This document shows positions 32,411 through 44,109 of a stretch of 64,000 bases of DNA, one piece after another (position 1 is the stretch's first letter; each line of letters starts with the position of its first letter). This DNA is from an uncultured Planctomycetaceae bacterium (GTDB lineage Bacteria > Planctomycetota > Planctomycetia > Planctomycetales > Planctomycetaceae). The notes below the pieces were generated by a model. The model was not told the DNA's origin, did no database searches, and worked only from the letters and a program-made list of their open reading frames with translations. Location of the stretch: positions 512,001 through 576,000 of the forward strand of contig CAWFGE010000008.1 in NCBI GenBank assembly GCA_963815195.1. Reading direction: 5' to 3'. The position numbers and the translations under genes are program-made.

Positions 32411-35400
32411 TTACTGTCGGGCTGCAATGGGTTGGATGACCACACTTAGGGGGTCGGCCCATTGTTTGTACTCGTCGGTGTAGTACAAGTACGATCGGCT
32501 CGCGGGGCCGGTGTATTCGCCGGGGACGGCGGCGACGAGGCTGAGCGGAAGCTCGACCTTCTGGCCCGCCTGCATTTCCCGCCAGTAGAGGACGACTTCG
32601 CGGCCGAGGACTTCGTACGCGGCGATCTTTTCGGACTTGACCAGTTCCTTGAGTTGATCGTGCCGGACTTCCAAGCCGCCGGGAATGCCGATGATCGCCA
32701 CCGGCGTGGGCACGGTCTCGTTCGCCGTGTTTTCGCAGGTGACCTGGGCCTCGGTGACGGCTCCTTCTTTCACGGTTTTGTTGGAGAGGGCGACGTTCAG
32801 CTTCATTTTGCACTCGTCCGACGAAGCCGGCTTTTCGCTGTGGAGGTTCACGGCGAGGGTGTAGGGCATCCGCGAACCGCCGACCATCTTGACGGCGATT
32901 TCGTGTTCGCCCGGCGTCAGGAGTTTCGTGATGTCCGGGAGTTCGATCGCCCCGTTGGTGTCGGTGCCGAAGGGCTTGGGTTCGCCGACGGTCTGGCCGT
33001 CCACGAGCAGTTCGAGTTCGGCCTTTGGCCTTGGGATGGGCTTGGGCTTTGTCGTAGGCGACGATGGCTTTAAGAGCCAGCACCGTCGATTGCGTGTTGC
33101 CGAAGCGCCCGGCTTTGCAGACATCCATCAGATAGCGAATGCCCTTGTCGGCGAAGTCGATGTAATCGATGTCCGACAGCCAGGCGAGCGTGGCGAGCGA
33201 GGTGGTTTCGATCGTCAGAGCTTCGCCGCCGCTGCCCACGATGGAGCCGGTGGCCCCGCTGATCTGGCCGTCAAGCTGTTGCAGTTTGATGAGCCGATCC
33301 ATGAACTGTTTGGCGGCCGCCTTGTCGCCGGCTTGCACCATCACGTTGGCCGCGAGCGCGAGGACGTAGCTGTTTTGCGTCTTGCCGGCGGCGTCGCGGA
33401 CGGCGGCGACTTCTTTCTGCAGGTTCTTTTCACCCGCCGACAGCATCGCCCAAGTGATGTAGGCGTTGGAGATGTCCTGGTCGACGACCCAGGTATGCAG
33501 GGCCCGGCGTTTGCGGTTGAAGTTGCCTTCGCCGTCGCGCTGCTTCAAAAGCCAATCCTGCGTGCGGGCGAGCATGGCGGTATCGACCGGAAAGACCTGG
33601 GCCATATCGGTAAACTCCATCAACCCGTAAGCGGAGAGGGCTTCGTGGCCGGGGTCTTGTCCGAACCATTCGTAGCCATGCTCTTTGCACTCGAACCCGG
33701 TGAGCCGGTTGTAGCCTTTGTCGAGCATTTCATTCGAGCGGCGGATCAGGTCGGGATCGATGCCCGAGTGCGATTGGAAATACTGCTGGGCCATCACGAG
33801 GGGATAAGTCGTGGAACTGGTTTGCTCGAAGCAGCCGTAGGGTTCCTGGATCATGCGCTCGAGCGCGCCGCTGAGGCTCGCCATCGGCGTGGGATAGACC
33901 GCGATCTTGGTTTTCAAGCTGCCGGCCACGATGGTTTGCGGGATCACGACTTTATGCGACTTCTTGTCGTCGCGGTCCAAGGTGCCGCCTTGGGCGATTT
34001 CAACCGGAAAACCTTTGGGTTGGACTTTGAGCTTCCGCGTCACCTGGTCGGCAAACGGCCCCGCGCTCGCGCTTAAGACCACTTCGGTTTCGCCGTTGAT
34101 CTGGCCGACCTTAAGCGGCAGCACGATGCGCACCCGGCCGTCGGGACCGAGTTGGAATTGCTTCTCGCCGACGTTCGAGAGGCCCTCGGCTTTCAGCGTC
34201 AGCTTGCCGTTCGAGAGCGGATCGGTCGTGCTGTTGACGAGGCCCACGGGAAGCTGGATCACATCGTCGGACGTGACTTCCAGCGGCAGTTTGGGTTCGA
34301 GATAGAAGGGTTCGACGGATTCCACTTTCGCCGTGCCTTCGCCCAGAGTGCCGGCTTGATTGAAGGCGTCGGTCATTACGCGGAAGCTGGTGACGGCGTC
34401 GCTCATCGCAAACGCGACCGTGGCTTCGCCGGTTTGGGGATCGGTTTTGACGCCCGCGTTCCAGTAGAGGGTTTCGGTGAAGTCCCGCCGTTCGCCGGCT
34501 TGCCGGCCGGGGCGGAGCTCATGGGCAAATTCCCGCACGACGACCATCGGGGCAATCATCCGTTGCCGGAGCGCCCGCCGGCCGTTCGCAAAACCGCGTC
34601 CAATTCCTTCCCGTTTGGCCTGTTCGTCCAAGCCGAGATCCAAAGCATTCTGGAGTGCCGCTTGCTTTTTCGCTTGCGGTTGGATGTCCCGTCCGCCGGC
34701 GCCCTGCAGTGGCTCAAGGGCATTCCCTTGCGGCTTTTGAGGCAATTCCGGCGGGGCGGCGGCCGCTTCCGCTTGCGGGGCCGCCTGGGCTCGGACGAAA
34801 GGAATTTTGTTGAGGATCGGAACCGCGGCGCCGTCGGCTTTTTCGACCGCCGCAGCCCGAGGAACGGCTTTGAACTTGGCCTCCGCGGGTAGTCCGCCGC
34901 CGCCAAAACCGCCGCGGCCGAACGCGCCAAACCCCAGCATCTCCTCGTTTCGGCTGGGCAGGGTCAAGGCCAACACGGTGCGGGCTTTGTCGCCATGCTT
35001 GGCGAGGAAGTCGGCCGTGTTCATAAACGCGAACCGCCGCCAGCCCTGCGTGCCCAACAGCAAATCCACCGCGAGCGGGGCTTCGGGATTTTTGGGATCG
35101 AGATACACATGGGCGTCGGCGAGGTCTTTGACTTCATCTTCCAACAACACCATCACCGGCAGCCGCGGGGCCTGCTCGCGTTTTTCGATCATCTCCAGGA
35201 CGCTGTCGTCGGTGACGGTCACGCCCACCACGGCGGAAACCGGCTTGCCGTCGGCGTCGGTGGTTTTGATCTTCAATTTCGCCTGCCCGCCGGGGACGTA
35301 GCGGTCCTTGTCGGGAGTGATGGAAACGTTGAGCGACTTCTCGGGCTTGCGGAACACCAGCCGTTCCGCGAGCGGTTTGCCGGCGGCGTCCCAGAGCGTC

Positions 35401-36667
35401 GCCACCAACACGCCCTCGGCTCCTTTGTCTTTCGGATCGAGTTCCACCCGCGCGGTTTGATTGGCTTTGAGATCGACTCGCTTCGAAGCGATTTCCGTTT
35501 CCCGCTGCCGAAGGGTGACTTTGACTTTCCCGGCCTCTGTGCTGCCGACGGTGATCGCGATCGAATCCTTGGCGCCCGTCACATTGTCCACGGACGAAAT
35601 CACGGCCCCTGCCGACTTCACTTCGGGCAACGGGTACGTGGTGCGGATGCCGGCGGGTTCGGTAATCTTCAGCGTGTATTTTTGATTGGCTTCGGGAATG
35701 AAGGCGAACCGGCCCCGGCCTTCGTGCTCGGTGCGGAAGTTCGTGATCGACTTGCCGGCCGCATCCACGATTTCGCCCGCGAGGTCCGCCGGTTTTTTGG
35801 CCGGGGTGAGGGCCGCGAGATACACGCGGTTGGGCAGGCCCGCAACGAGTTCGCCGCCTTCGGGATACATCGTCAGATCAACAGTTTGGAGCAAGATCGG
35901 AATCGTCTTCGCAGCGGTTTCCACGACGCCGCCGTCTTCGATGGCGAACGACAACGTGCCTTCGCCGCGGGTGATTTCTTTCGGAAGATCAAACCGGGCG
36001 GAACAGAGTCCCAGCGCATCGACAACCGATTGGCCTTGGAACACCTGCTTGCCGTCCACGCGGGCCAGCACGGTGACTTTGGCCCCGCTCGGAAAACCGC
36101 CCTCGGCCCGTTCGACTTTCACACTCGCCGCGACCTGGTCGCCGGGACCGTAGCCGTCGCGGACGAATTCGATCTGGCTCTTGAGCCGGGGTGCGCGGTA
36201 GGCGCGGATTTCAAACTTCCGCTTCGCCGCGGGCTGGCCGGTCCAGGGATAACTCACCTCGGCCGTGTATTCGCCCCCGGCCTGGCCTTCGGGCACCGGC
36301 CAGGAGAACCCGACCGTGCTGTCCTGGGAATTGGTCATGCCCTGCGTGATGATGTCGCCCTTGGGCCCTTTGATGGTGATCTGGGCCGCGAGGTTTTGAT
36401 TCTCCTTCAGCGGCGTGTGCTGATGGGCTTCGAGGATGACGCCGCGGATATAGACCTTTTCGCCGCTGCGATAAATGGGCTTTTCCGTGTTGACGTGGGT
36501 CAGATAGCGCTCCGCCCCGCCGAGGACCGCGGGCTCGGCCACGGCTTTTTTCTCCGTTTCGGGAGCCTTCTGCGGCTTGTCCGCCGAAACGACCGAGCGA
36601 ACCGTCCACGCGCCGCCGAGCACAGGGCCGCGACTATCAGTCCGTTTACTGTGCGTCTCTTGATCAT
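32411..36667 (-). CDS. alpha-2-macroglobulin/thioester-containing protein (~1,420 aa), indels near 36615 and 33022
   Basis: TEKPIYRSGE (MG2), FTETLYW, PFYLEPKLP, thioester EPYGCFEQT, GYEWFG, TQSTVLALKA, C-terminal VVLYWREM...ASRSYLYY; hydrophobic N-terminus from ATG 36667. Confidence 0.9.
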
Positions 36668-36803
36668 CGTCCGATCCCCATTCATCTTGGAAGAGAAGGT
36701 GTTCCCACTGACACTGGCCCGGCGCGGAGCCGACCATTGAAGGAAGGGACGCTTCGCCTTCCCCGAGAGTTTCGCAAAACCGGGAAAAAATCTCCGCCCC
36801 GCC

Positions 36804-38069
36804 TTAAAGCAGCACGCGTTCACCGTAGGTTTCGATCAGTTTATCCCGGCTGTAGGGACCGAAAAGATTTCCCCGGAGGTCGAGCCATTCCAGTCGCATC
36901 GGTTCATTCACGAAGGGGCTCACATCGTTGCCGCCCAATCCGCAATGCTCGAGGACGAGCGTTTTCAGTTGCTCCATCAGGGGGGATTTCACGAGCGTGT
37001 CGATGCTGCCTTGGATGTCGTTCGCGCTCAGATCCAGGACTTTCAATCGCTTGAGATACGGCGAGTTGATCAAGTGTTTTATCCCCGCATCGCGGATTTC
37101 GCATTGTGCGAGCCGCAATTCCGTGAGCCGTCCGAAGTTCCCCGCCGACGCCAAAAGCTCGAGCCCCGCATCGCCGATTTCGTTCACCGAGACATCCAGG
37201 GACTGTAAGTCGGTCAAATAGGCCGAGGCGGTCAGAGCGCGGATCCCCTCCAGGTGAAACCGGTTTTCCGCAACGTCGAGCCGGCGGAGCGTCCGCAATC
37301 GCTCCGCGTTGGTCAAAGCCCGCAGGCCGGCGTCGCCGATGTAATTGGCGTTCAGCAGCAGTTCTTTCAACTGGTGGAGGCTGGACGCCTGGGCCAAAGT
37401 CCGGGCATCCACCATCGACAGTTCGGTCTCGCTGAGATCCAAGCGGGTCAACCCGGAGAGATTTGGAAACTGCGCCAACACGCGCATGTTCTGTCCGCTG
37501 ATGACATTCCCGGCCAGGGACAGCGAGCCGATCCGAGCCAGTTGGGGAGAACTCGCCAGGGCTTCCACGCCGGCGGCTCCCAGGTGATTTCGCGAGAGGT
37601 TCAAGGTGTGGACCGTGGAAAACGCGGGTGAATCGAGGAAACGCTGGATGGGCCCCGCGGATTGCCGGGGCATTTTCTGCCAGAGCACGGCGGTGGGAGC
37701 CGGGGCCCACTCGGCGAGGTTTTTGGTGCGGTTGAGAAAATCGGTGCCTTCGAGCAGCATCCGGGCGACGAAGCCCCGCTCGAACCGCACGTCCCGCACG
37801 CCGAGGGGCGACAATTCCTCCAGGCAGCTTTCCCGCCAGAGCCGGGCAAGCTCGGCTTCGTGGGTTTTCAATCGCTCAAAATGTTCCCGCTGCTCCGGGG
37901 AGAGCGGTTCCTGGCGGGCTTCCAGGCGGGCGGTTTCGCATTGGACGCGGATCAACTCCGCCCGCTCATCGCCGATCTCTTCCAGCCAATCCGCGAAAAC
38001 GAGCCGCAGATCGTCATCCTCGGGACGGTTGTGAATCTGCCGCAAGAACTCCTCTTCCTGCTGTCTCAT
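36804..38069 (-). CDS. TIGR02996-domain protein with leucine-rich repeats
   Basis: FLRQIHNRPEDDDLRLVFADWLEE.GDERAELIRVQC, FERGFV, then ~28-aa L..LDL..N.IGDAG..AL repeats. Confidence 0.9.
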   Translation of the reverse strand: MRQQEEEFLRQIHNRPEDDDLRLVFADWLEEIGDERAELIRVQCETARLEARQEPLSPEQREHFERLKTHEAELARLWRESCLEELSPLGVRDVRFERGFVARMLLEGTDFLNRTKNLAEWAPAPTAVLWQKMPRQSAGPIQRFLDSPAFSTVHTLNLSRNHLGAAGVEALASSPQLARIGSLSLAGNVISGQNMRVLAQFPNLSGLTRLDLSETELSMVDARTLAQASSLHQLKELLLNANYIGDAGLRALTNAERLRTLRRLDVAENRFHLEGIRALTASAYLTDLQSLDVSVNEIGDAGLELLASAGNFGRLTELRLAQCEIRDAGIKHLINSPYLKRLKVLDLSANDIQGSIDTLVKSPLMEQLKTLVLEHCGLGGNDVSPFVNEPMRLEWLDLRGNLFGPYSRDKLIETYGERVLL

Positions 38070-38128
38070 AGGTTCCTCGATCGTTCGGTATTCCTTGTCG
38101 ATTCGGCGTTATGCGGCCGAGCGGAATA

Positions 38129-39219
38129 CTACTCCGGGGAAAGGTTTTCTCCCCAGGCCCCACTGATTTCCGTGTGGACCGCCGGCCTTTGATCGTGGGC
38201 CTCGGTGTGATCGTGGCTATGAGTCTGTTCGATCGCCCAGGCGAGAAGGACGCCCAATAACAATGCCACGGACAGCCGGACGCGATTGTGGGAATGCAGC
38301 TCCAACTCCGGCAGCAAATCCCCCAACGAAATGCACAGAAACACGCCCGCGGCGAACGCGAGGGCCGAGCCAATCACCAAATGCTGCTGGCCGGTAAGCC
38401 GATCCACGCCCAACACAAATAGCGCCGCGCCCAGCGGGCACATCAAGGCAAAGCTGACGTTGACGGCGTTCCGCGCACCGGCCGACCAGCCGCCCGCGGC
38501 CATCAGCGAGGTGATGGAGATCGCGTCCAACGGCTTATGCAACAGCACCGCCAGAAACGTCCCGAATCCAAATAACGACAGAAATACCGGTTCCCCCACG
38601 TCCGCCCGCACGCTGGCTCCCAGGGCCAATCCGTCGATCATCGTATGCAGGGCCAATCCCAAAGCCACGCCGATCCAATTCAAATGATGCACCGCGTGCG
38701 AATGCCCGTGGTGACGGTGCCCGTCGTCGTGATCGTGATCGTGATGGGGTTCTGCGTTTTCGGCCAAGGGGTCCGCGGGGCCGTGGTGGTGAAAGTGAAA
38801 CGCCCTCACCAGAAAGAACATCACCAACAGCCCGCCCATCAACCAGCGGCTGGTGAGCGTGGCGGAGGCCGTATATTCCAGCGAGTGCGGCAGCAGATGA
38901 AACACCGCAATCCCCAGCATCAAACCGCCCACGCCGCTGATCAAGGTCTGCATGTTGGTATGGGTCAGTTCCGTCCAACTGGGGATCCATCCGCCCACAA
39001 GAGACGCGGCCACAATTAACCCGCAATAAACGGCGAGCAGCGTCAGAACCCAAGCGTTGCCAACTTCGTCGGCAGCGGGTTCGGTGTGGGAACCGTCTGT
39101 TTCGCTCGCGCCGTCGTGGACGTGCGGATGGTTATGCGCCGATCCGCCGCGAACAGCGGGCCGCCGATGCCGACGGCCGCCAAAAACGCCAAACTCCACA
39201 TCACACGTCGGCCTTGCAT
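38129..39219 (-). CDS. ZIP-family divalent metal transporter with His-rich segments (probable indel near 39140)
   Basis: GGLMLGIAVFHLLPH, HHDHDHDDGHRHHGHSH loop, LHTMIDGLAL, LHKPLD, AGVFLCISLGDLLPE; a signal-like MQGRRVMWSLAFLAAVG start lies in the adjacent frame. Confidence 0.88.
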
Positions 39220-39342
39220 CGACGAATCCAAACGCAAACAGAATCAAGAAGGTAATTGCAATTGGATGATGATAGCAAAACATTCCCAATTTCCTCACGA
39301 GTGCCGGCGCCATTTCTCTGGAAAGGCGCAGAAACCGCCGAA

Positions 39343-39369
39343 GACCGGCGGCTAGCGCCTTGCCGCTCA
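39343..39369. repeat. solo REP-like arm (family of 1977-2109)
   Basis: gaccggcggctagcgccttgccgctca, one mismatch to 2083-2109. Confidence 0.85.
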
Positions 39370-39374
39370 CGTTT

Positions 39375-40619
39375 TCACTCGCCGATGCGATACAGGTGCG
39401 TGAAGGTGCGGAGGATCAAATCGTCCCCGGCGACGGCGGGCGAGGCGTTGATGCCCGCGTCCAGTTGGTTTTCCGCGAGCAGTTCAAACTCCGGCTTGGC
39501 GGCGAGGACGACCGTTTTGCCGGACTTGCTCGAGAAATACACCCGGCCCGATCCACACAAGGGCGACGCCCAGTATTCGCCGTCCAGACGTTTCTGCCAA
39601 TGCAGTTTGCCGGTCTTGGCGTCCAGGCAGCTGACCACGCCGGAGTCGTTCGCCATGAAAAATAAATCCCCGACGATCACCTGCGACGAGCGTTTGGGCA
39701 CGGTCTTGCCGGTCTTCCAGACGATGTGGCTGTCCGTGACATCGCCTTTGCCGTTCGCGCGGACGGCGACGAGCGAAGTCGGGCCGTCGCCCGCGCTCAG
39801 AAACACCATCCCGTCGTAAAACAGCGGCCGGCAGCCGGCGTTCATTCCGCCGTGCCGGACCCGCCAGATTTCTTCGCCGTTTTCGGGATTGTAGGAAATG
39901 GTTTCCATCGCGGCGGGGCTGACGACTTGCGGCTTGCCGTCCACGGTAATCACCTGGGCCGTGGAATAGGCTTTCTTGCGGTCGCCGTTGTCCGTGCCGT
40001 AGTTGATGTTGCGGTCTTTCTTCCAGAGGGTTTTGCCGGTGTGCGTGTCGAGGGCGACGATATATTGGATGTCGATGCCGTCGAAGGCGACGATCAAGCG
40101 GTCCTCAAACAGGATCGGCGACGACGCCGGCCCGCGGAAATGGTCGCAGTGCAAATCCCGCCGGGACCAGAGGATGTCGCCGCTCGCCGTGTCCACGCAA
40201 GCGGTCCCGTAGGTGCCGAAGTGCACGTACAACCGCCCGTCCTCGATCACCGGCGTGCAGGAGGCGTAGCTGTTGGTGGGGTGGCAGAATTCCGGCTCGG
40301 CGTTCTCGAAGATCAAAAGGTCTTTGAGGATCTTGCCCGTGCCCGCGTCGACGCAGAGGGCGGACATCTTTTTGCCGTCCTCGGTCGCGTTGGTGACCCA
40401 AATCCGATCCTTCCAAACGACGGGCGAAGACCAGGCCTTGCCCTCGATCGGGGTCTTCCATTTGACGTTTTTGGTTTCGCTCCAGGAGAGGGGGAGGTGC
40501 TTCGATTCCGAGCAGCCATCGCCCTTCGGCCCGCGAAACTCCGGCCAGATGTCTTCCGCGTGAAGCCCAACCGCCGTCAAAACCGCCGCCATCACAAGCC
40601 AAGTCGTTCGCGTTCGCAT
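39375..40619 (-). CDS. exported PQQ-like (BamB-type) beta-propeller protein
   Basis: WPEFRGP.GDG, W.E..NVKWKT, SSPVV, N.YAS.TP, ASP...LILRT..HLY. Confidence 0.9.
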   Translation of the reverse strand: MRTRTTWLVMAAVLTAVGLHAEDIWPEFRGPKGDGCSESKHLPLSWSETKNVKWKTPIEGKAWSSPVVWKDRIWVTNATEDGKKMSALCVDAGTGKILKDLLIFENAEPEFCHPTNSYASCTPVIEDGRLYVHFGTYGTACVDTASGDILWSRRDLHCDHFRGPASSPILFEDRLIVAFDGIDIQYIVALDTHTGKTLWKKDRNINYGTDNGDRKKAYSTAQVITVDGKPQVVSPAAMETISYNPENGEEIWRVRHGGMNAGCRPLFYDGMVFLSAGDGPTSLVAVRANGKGDVTDSHIVWKTGKTVPKRSSQVIVGDLFFMANDSGVVSCLDAKTGKLHWQKRLDGEYWASPLCGSGRVYFSSKSGKTVVLAAKPEFELLAENQLDAGINASPAVAGDDLILRTFTHLYRIGE

Positions 40620-40902
40620 CGTCGTTAAAGCCTTCGAGAGATTGCCGGAGGAGGATCGTCATTCGATGTTCCGAGCCATCTAGCATACGCCAAACCGATC
40701 GATGACTGCAAATCCGGCGAGAGCACCAATTTCAGTCGTACCAAATTACGGAAAAAGGACCGAAGGCCCGGCGCGATGTCAGCCCAGGGCAACCTCTCGG
40801 CGGACGCTTTGGTTGCGAGGGGGGATCAAAAAGACTATATGGCAGAGGGATTCCAACCTCGAACCGTTCTGCTCCCCCGAAGTTCTGGCAAAGGAGAAAG
40901 CC

Positions 40903-42189
40903 ATGTTTCGAACGATGCCGCTCGCGTTGGTTGTGTTCATGCTGGCCGTGTTGGAGACGGCGAATTGCTCATGTGCAGATGCCCAACCAGCCGATTGGCC
41001 GCAGTTTTTGGGGCCGGAGCGGAATGGGATTTCGCGGGAGACCGGCCTGATCGATGCCTGGCCGAGCGATGGGCCCCGGGAAGTTTGGCGCGTGCCCGGC
41101 GGCGTGGGGATGTCCGGATTCGCCATCGCGGACGGCCGGCTGTATACGATGGTCCAAAAGACCGGCAAGCAATGGGTGATCGCCCGTGACGCGAAAACCG
41201 GCAAATCGATGTGGGAAACCCCGGTCGCGGACGCTTACCGGAACCCCATGGGCAACGGCCCGCGAGCGACGCCTACGGTGACCAAGGATTCCTTATTCGC
41301 CTTCACCGGCGAAGGCAAGCTGTTCGCGCTGAAGACGAGTGACGGCGGCATCTTATGGCATCACGATGTCGTCAAAGAGCACGGGGGCGATCAGCATGCC
41401 GACTATGGCATGGCCTGTTCGCCTATGGTGGCGAACGATTTGGTGATCGTGACCGCCGGTGCTCCGGATGCCACGGTGGTCGCTTACGATGCCAAGACCG
41501 GGAAGCAAAAATGGACCGCCGGTCAAAACGCCCCGGCGGGTTATTCGTCGCCGGCTCTCTTAAAAGTTGGCGGCCGTTCGCAGGTCGTCGTGTTTTACGG
41601 TTCCGCGGCTGAAGGCTTCGATCCCAAAACCGGCGAGTCGCTGTGGAAGTACCCCTATCAAACGAATTACGATTGCAACATCGCCACGCCGATCGCCGTG
41701 GATGGAAACGTGTTTCTCTCCGCGGGCGAGAACCACGGCAGCGTCTTGTTGTCGCTCACACCCAAAGACGCGGATTCTAAAACCGGGCCGTTTACAGTGA
41801 GCGAAGTCTGGCAGTCGCAAGGACCGAAAAGCGTGCTGCGGAACGAATGGCAGACTTCGATTCTTCTCGGAAAGAATCTGTTCGGGTTCGATAACGTCGG
41901 CGGGGCCGGTCCGGTCACGCATTTGACCTGCATCGATGCCAAGACCGGCGAGCGGAAATGGCAGCAGCTTCGGTTTGGCAAAGGCAACATGATCGCCGCC
42001 GACGGCAAGCTGATTTTAAGCACCATGAAAGGCGAACTCGTGCTGCTCGCGGCCAACCCGGAGAAATTTGAAGAGCTCGGCCGCGTGAAGCTCTTGGGCA
42101 TGACCCGCCAGGCCCCCGCGCTCGCCGGCGGTCTGGTCTATCTCCGCGACGACCGCGACATCGTCTGCGTCGATTTGCGGAAGAAATAG
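40903..42189 (+). CDS. exported PQQ-like beta-propeller protein
   Basis: DWPQFLGPERNGIS.ETGL, GPRATPTV, AGYSSP, PALAGGLVYLRD; AAGGAG RBS. Confidence 0.9.
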   Translation: MFRTMPLALVVFMLAVLETANCSCADAQPADWPQFLGPERNGISRETGLIDAWPSDGPREVWRVPGGVGMSGFAIADGRLYTMVQKTGKQWVIARDAKTGKSMWETPVADAYRNPMGNGPRATPTVTKDSLFAFTGEGKLFALKTSDGGILWHHDVVKEHGGDQHADYGMACSPMVANDLVIVTAGAPDATVVAYDAKTGKQKWTAGQNAPAGYSSPALLKVGGRSQVVVFYGSAAEGFDPKTGESLWKYPYQTNYDCNIATPIAVDGNVFLSAGENHGSVLLSLTPKDADSKTGPFTVSEVWQSQGPKSVLRNEWQTSILLGKNLFGFDNVGGAGPVTHLTCIDAKTGERKWQQLRFGKGNMIAADGKLILSTMKGELVLLAANPEKFEELGRVKLLGMTRQAPALAGGLVYLRDDRDIVCVDLRKK

Positions 42190-42214
42190 ACGATGTTCCC
42201 TCATTCCGACAATA

Positions 42215-42266
42215 GCCCGAAGCGCCAGCGAGGGAAGCCGCATTTCCCCTCGCTGGCGCTTCGGGC
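42215..42266. repeat. perfect 20-bp inverted repeat (REP-like)
   Basis: gcccgaagcgccagcgaggg / ccctcgctggcgcttcgggc. Confidence 0.8.
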
Positions 42267-42307
42267 GAGTGAAACCATTCCCAACATCACGGACCAAGGA
42301 CAAACCC

Positions 42308-43411
42308 ATGCCCAGTGATCGCTATGCCAAGCGGCGGGAGACGCTGCTCCGCAAGCTTCGCGAGACGGACTGCGACACGCTCCTCGTCTCCAACGAGAAA
42401 AACGTCAGCTATCTGACGGGGTTTTCCGGGGACTCCAGCACGCTGATTCTGGGGAAGTCGCAGACGATCCTCATCAGCGACACGCGGTACGAAACGCAGA
42501 TCGAAGAAGAATGCCCCGGCTTGGAAACCGTGATCCGCACGAACAAGGAGCCGATGGAGGAGAAAATCGCGGAGGTCCTCAAGAAAGCCAAACTGACGAA
42601 GTTGGGCTTTGAAAGCGATACGCTCACCGTGAATCAATGGGAGAAGCTGAAGGACAAAGCCGACAGCGTGGAATGGATCGCGGTCGCGGGGAAGGTGGAA
42701 GAGCTGCGGCAGATCAAGGATGCCGGGGAGATCGCGGAGACGCGCGAAGCGGTGCGATTTGCGGAGCGGGGGTTTCAAGCGCTCAAGGCGTTGCTCACGG
42801 CGGATGCGACCGAGTTGGAAGTGGCCCACGAGCTGGAGCACAATATGCGCCGGTTCGGAGCGCGGGGGGCATCGTTTCCGCCGATCGTGGCGGTCGGTCC
42901 GCAGTCGGCGCTCCCCCATGCGCGGCCGGGTCGCCGGCGGATTTCGGCCTCCGGATTTTTCCTGGTGGACTGGGGTTCGGAGACGTTTGCGGGCTACAAA
43001 AGTGACTTGACGCGGGTTTTGGTCACAGCTAAGATTCCGCCCAAACTAGAGAAAATATATAGAGTTGTGTTAAAAGCTCAGCAGGAGGCCATCAAAAAAA
43101 TTCGACCGGGAGCCAAGTGTTCCGACATCGACCAGGCGGGCCGGAGCGTGATCGAAGCGGGGGGGTTTGGAAAGAATTTTGGCCACGGATTGGGTCATAG
43201 CCTTGGCCTATCCATCCACGAGTGGCCACGATTTTCCCCGACCGCGGAAGAGGAACTCAAACCCGGAATGATTCTCACGGTGGAGCCGGGGATTTATCTG
43301 CCCGGCTTCGGCGGCGTGCGAATCGAGGATGATGTCCTCGTCACCCGGGACGGCCACGAAGTGCTCTCGTCCGTCCCCAAAGAGTTTGAGGAAGCGATTG
43401 TCCCGCTATAA
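42308..43411 (+). CDS. Xaa-Pro aminopeptidase (M24 family)
   Basis: YLTGFSG, LRQIKD..EI, ALPH, VDWG...YKSDLTR, FGHGLGHSLGL.IHE, TVEPGIY..G.GGVRIEDD. Confidence 0.95.
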   Translation: MPSDRYAKRRETLLRKLRETDCDTLLVSNEKNVSYLTGFSGDSSTLILGKSQTILISDTRYETQIEEECPGLETVIRTNKEPMEEKIAEVLKKAKLTKLGFESDTLTVNQWEKLKDKADSVEWIAVAGKVEELRQIKDAGEIAETREAVRFAERGFQALKALLTADATELEVAHELEHNMRRFGARGASFPPIVAVGPQSALPHARPGRRRISASGFFLVDWGSETFAGYKSDLTRVLVTAKIPPKLEKIYRVVLKAQQEAIKKIRPGAKCSDIDQAGRSVIEAGGFGKNFGHGLGHSLGLSIHEWPRFSPTAEEELKPGMILTVEPGIYLPGFGGVRIEDDVLVTRDGHEVLSSVPKEFEEAIVPL

Positions 43412-43472
43412 CAACTTTTCGCCGACTTTCTTGAGCCAACTTTGACGCAACTCGGCTGGAAGGTGAATCAAT

Positions 43473-43982
43473 ATGTCCGAGGATAAACCCGAAGTCTCCG
43501 ACCCGACCGGAGAAGAGCCCTTCGATTTGGAAAAGCTCCAACACTTGATGGAGCTCATGGAAAAGCACGGCCTCACGGAACTCAGCCTGAAAAACGCGGG
43601 CCAGGTCTGGCGGCTCCGGCGCGGCGGCCACGACGCCGTCCCCATGATGCCCGCACCGAACTATGCTCCGCCGGCTCCACCGCAACCACAACCGGCCGGC
43701 GGCGGAGGAGGCGAACCATCCAAACCCGCGGCCGCCGAAAGCGGGATCGTCATCAAAAGCCCCACGGTCGGCACGTTTTATTCCTCACCGAGCCCCGACG
43801 ATCCGCCGTTCGTCAACGTCGGCTCCAAAGTGCAGTCGGATACGACCGTGTGCATCGTCGAGGCGATGAAAGTCTTCAATCCGATCCCCGCCGAGGTCAG
43901 CGGCACGATCACCGCGGTGCTCGTGAGCAACGGGGATTCCGTGGAGTACGACCAACCCCTGTTCCGGGTCGATCCGGGATAG
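43473..43982 (+). CDS. accB: acetyl-CoA carboxylase biotin carboxyl carrier protein
   Basis: [23 protein letters not shown] biotinylation motif, VEYDQPLF. Confidence 0.97.
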   Translation: MSEDKPEVSDPTGEEPFDLEKLQHLMELMEKHGLTELSLKNAGQVWRLRRGGHDAVPMMPAPNYAPPAPPQPQPAGGGGGEPSKPAAAESGIVIKSPTVGTFYSSPSPDDPPFVNVGSKVQSDTTVCIVEAMKVFNPIPAEVSGTITAVLVSNGDSVEYDQPLFRVDPG

Positions 43983-44109
43983 TTTTGAAGTCCCAATGAC
44001 CAAGCCCCAATGACCAATGGCGAGCGTGGGGCGTTAGCCGCATGATGGCAGCATTTCCAAGGACTTGTCTCCAAACGCTCGGCTCGACACAGACCCCACC
44101 GGCTAAGTT

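Noticed and set aside
34995..36740. 581-aa plus-strand ORF and similar long antisense ORFs (e.g. 2143-3312, 13811-15172, 23399-24847, 51300-52547)
   Set aside because: Each lies opposite a well-supported gene and has no recognisable domain.
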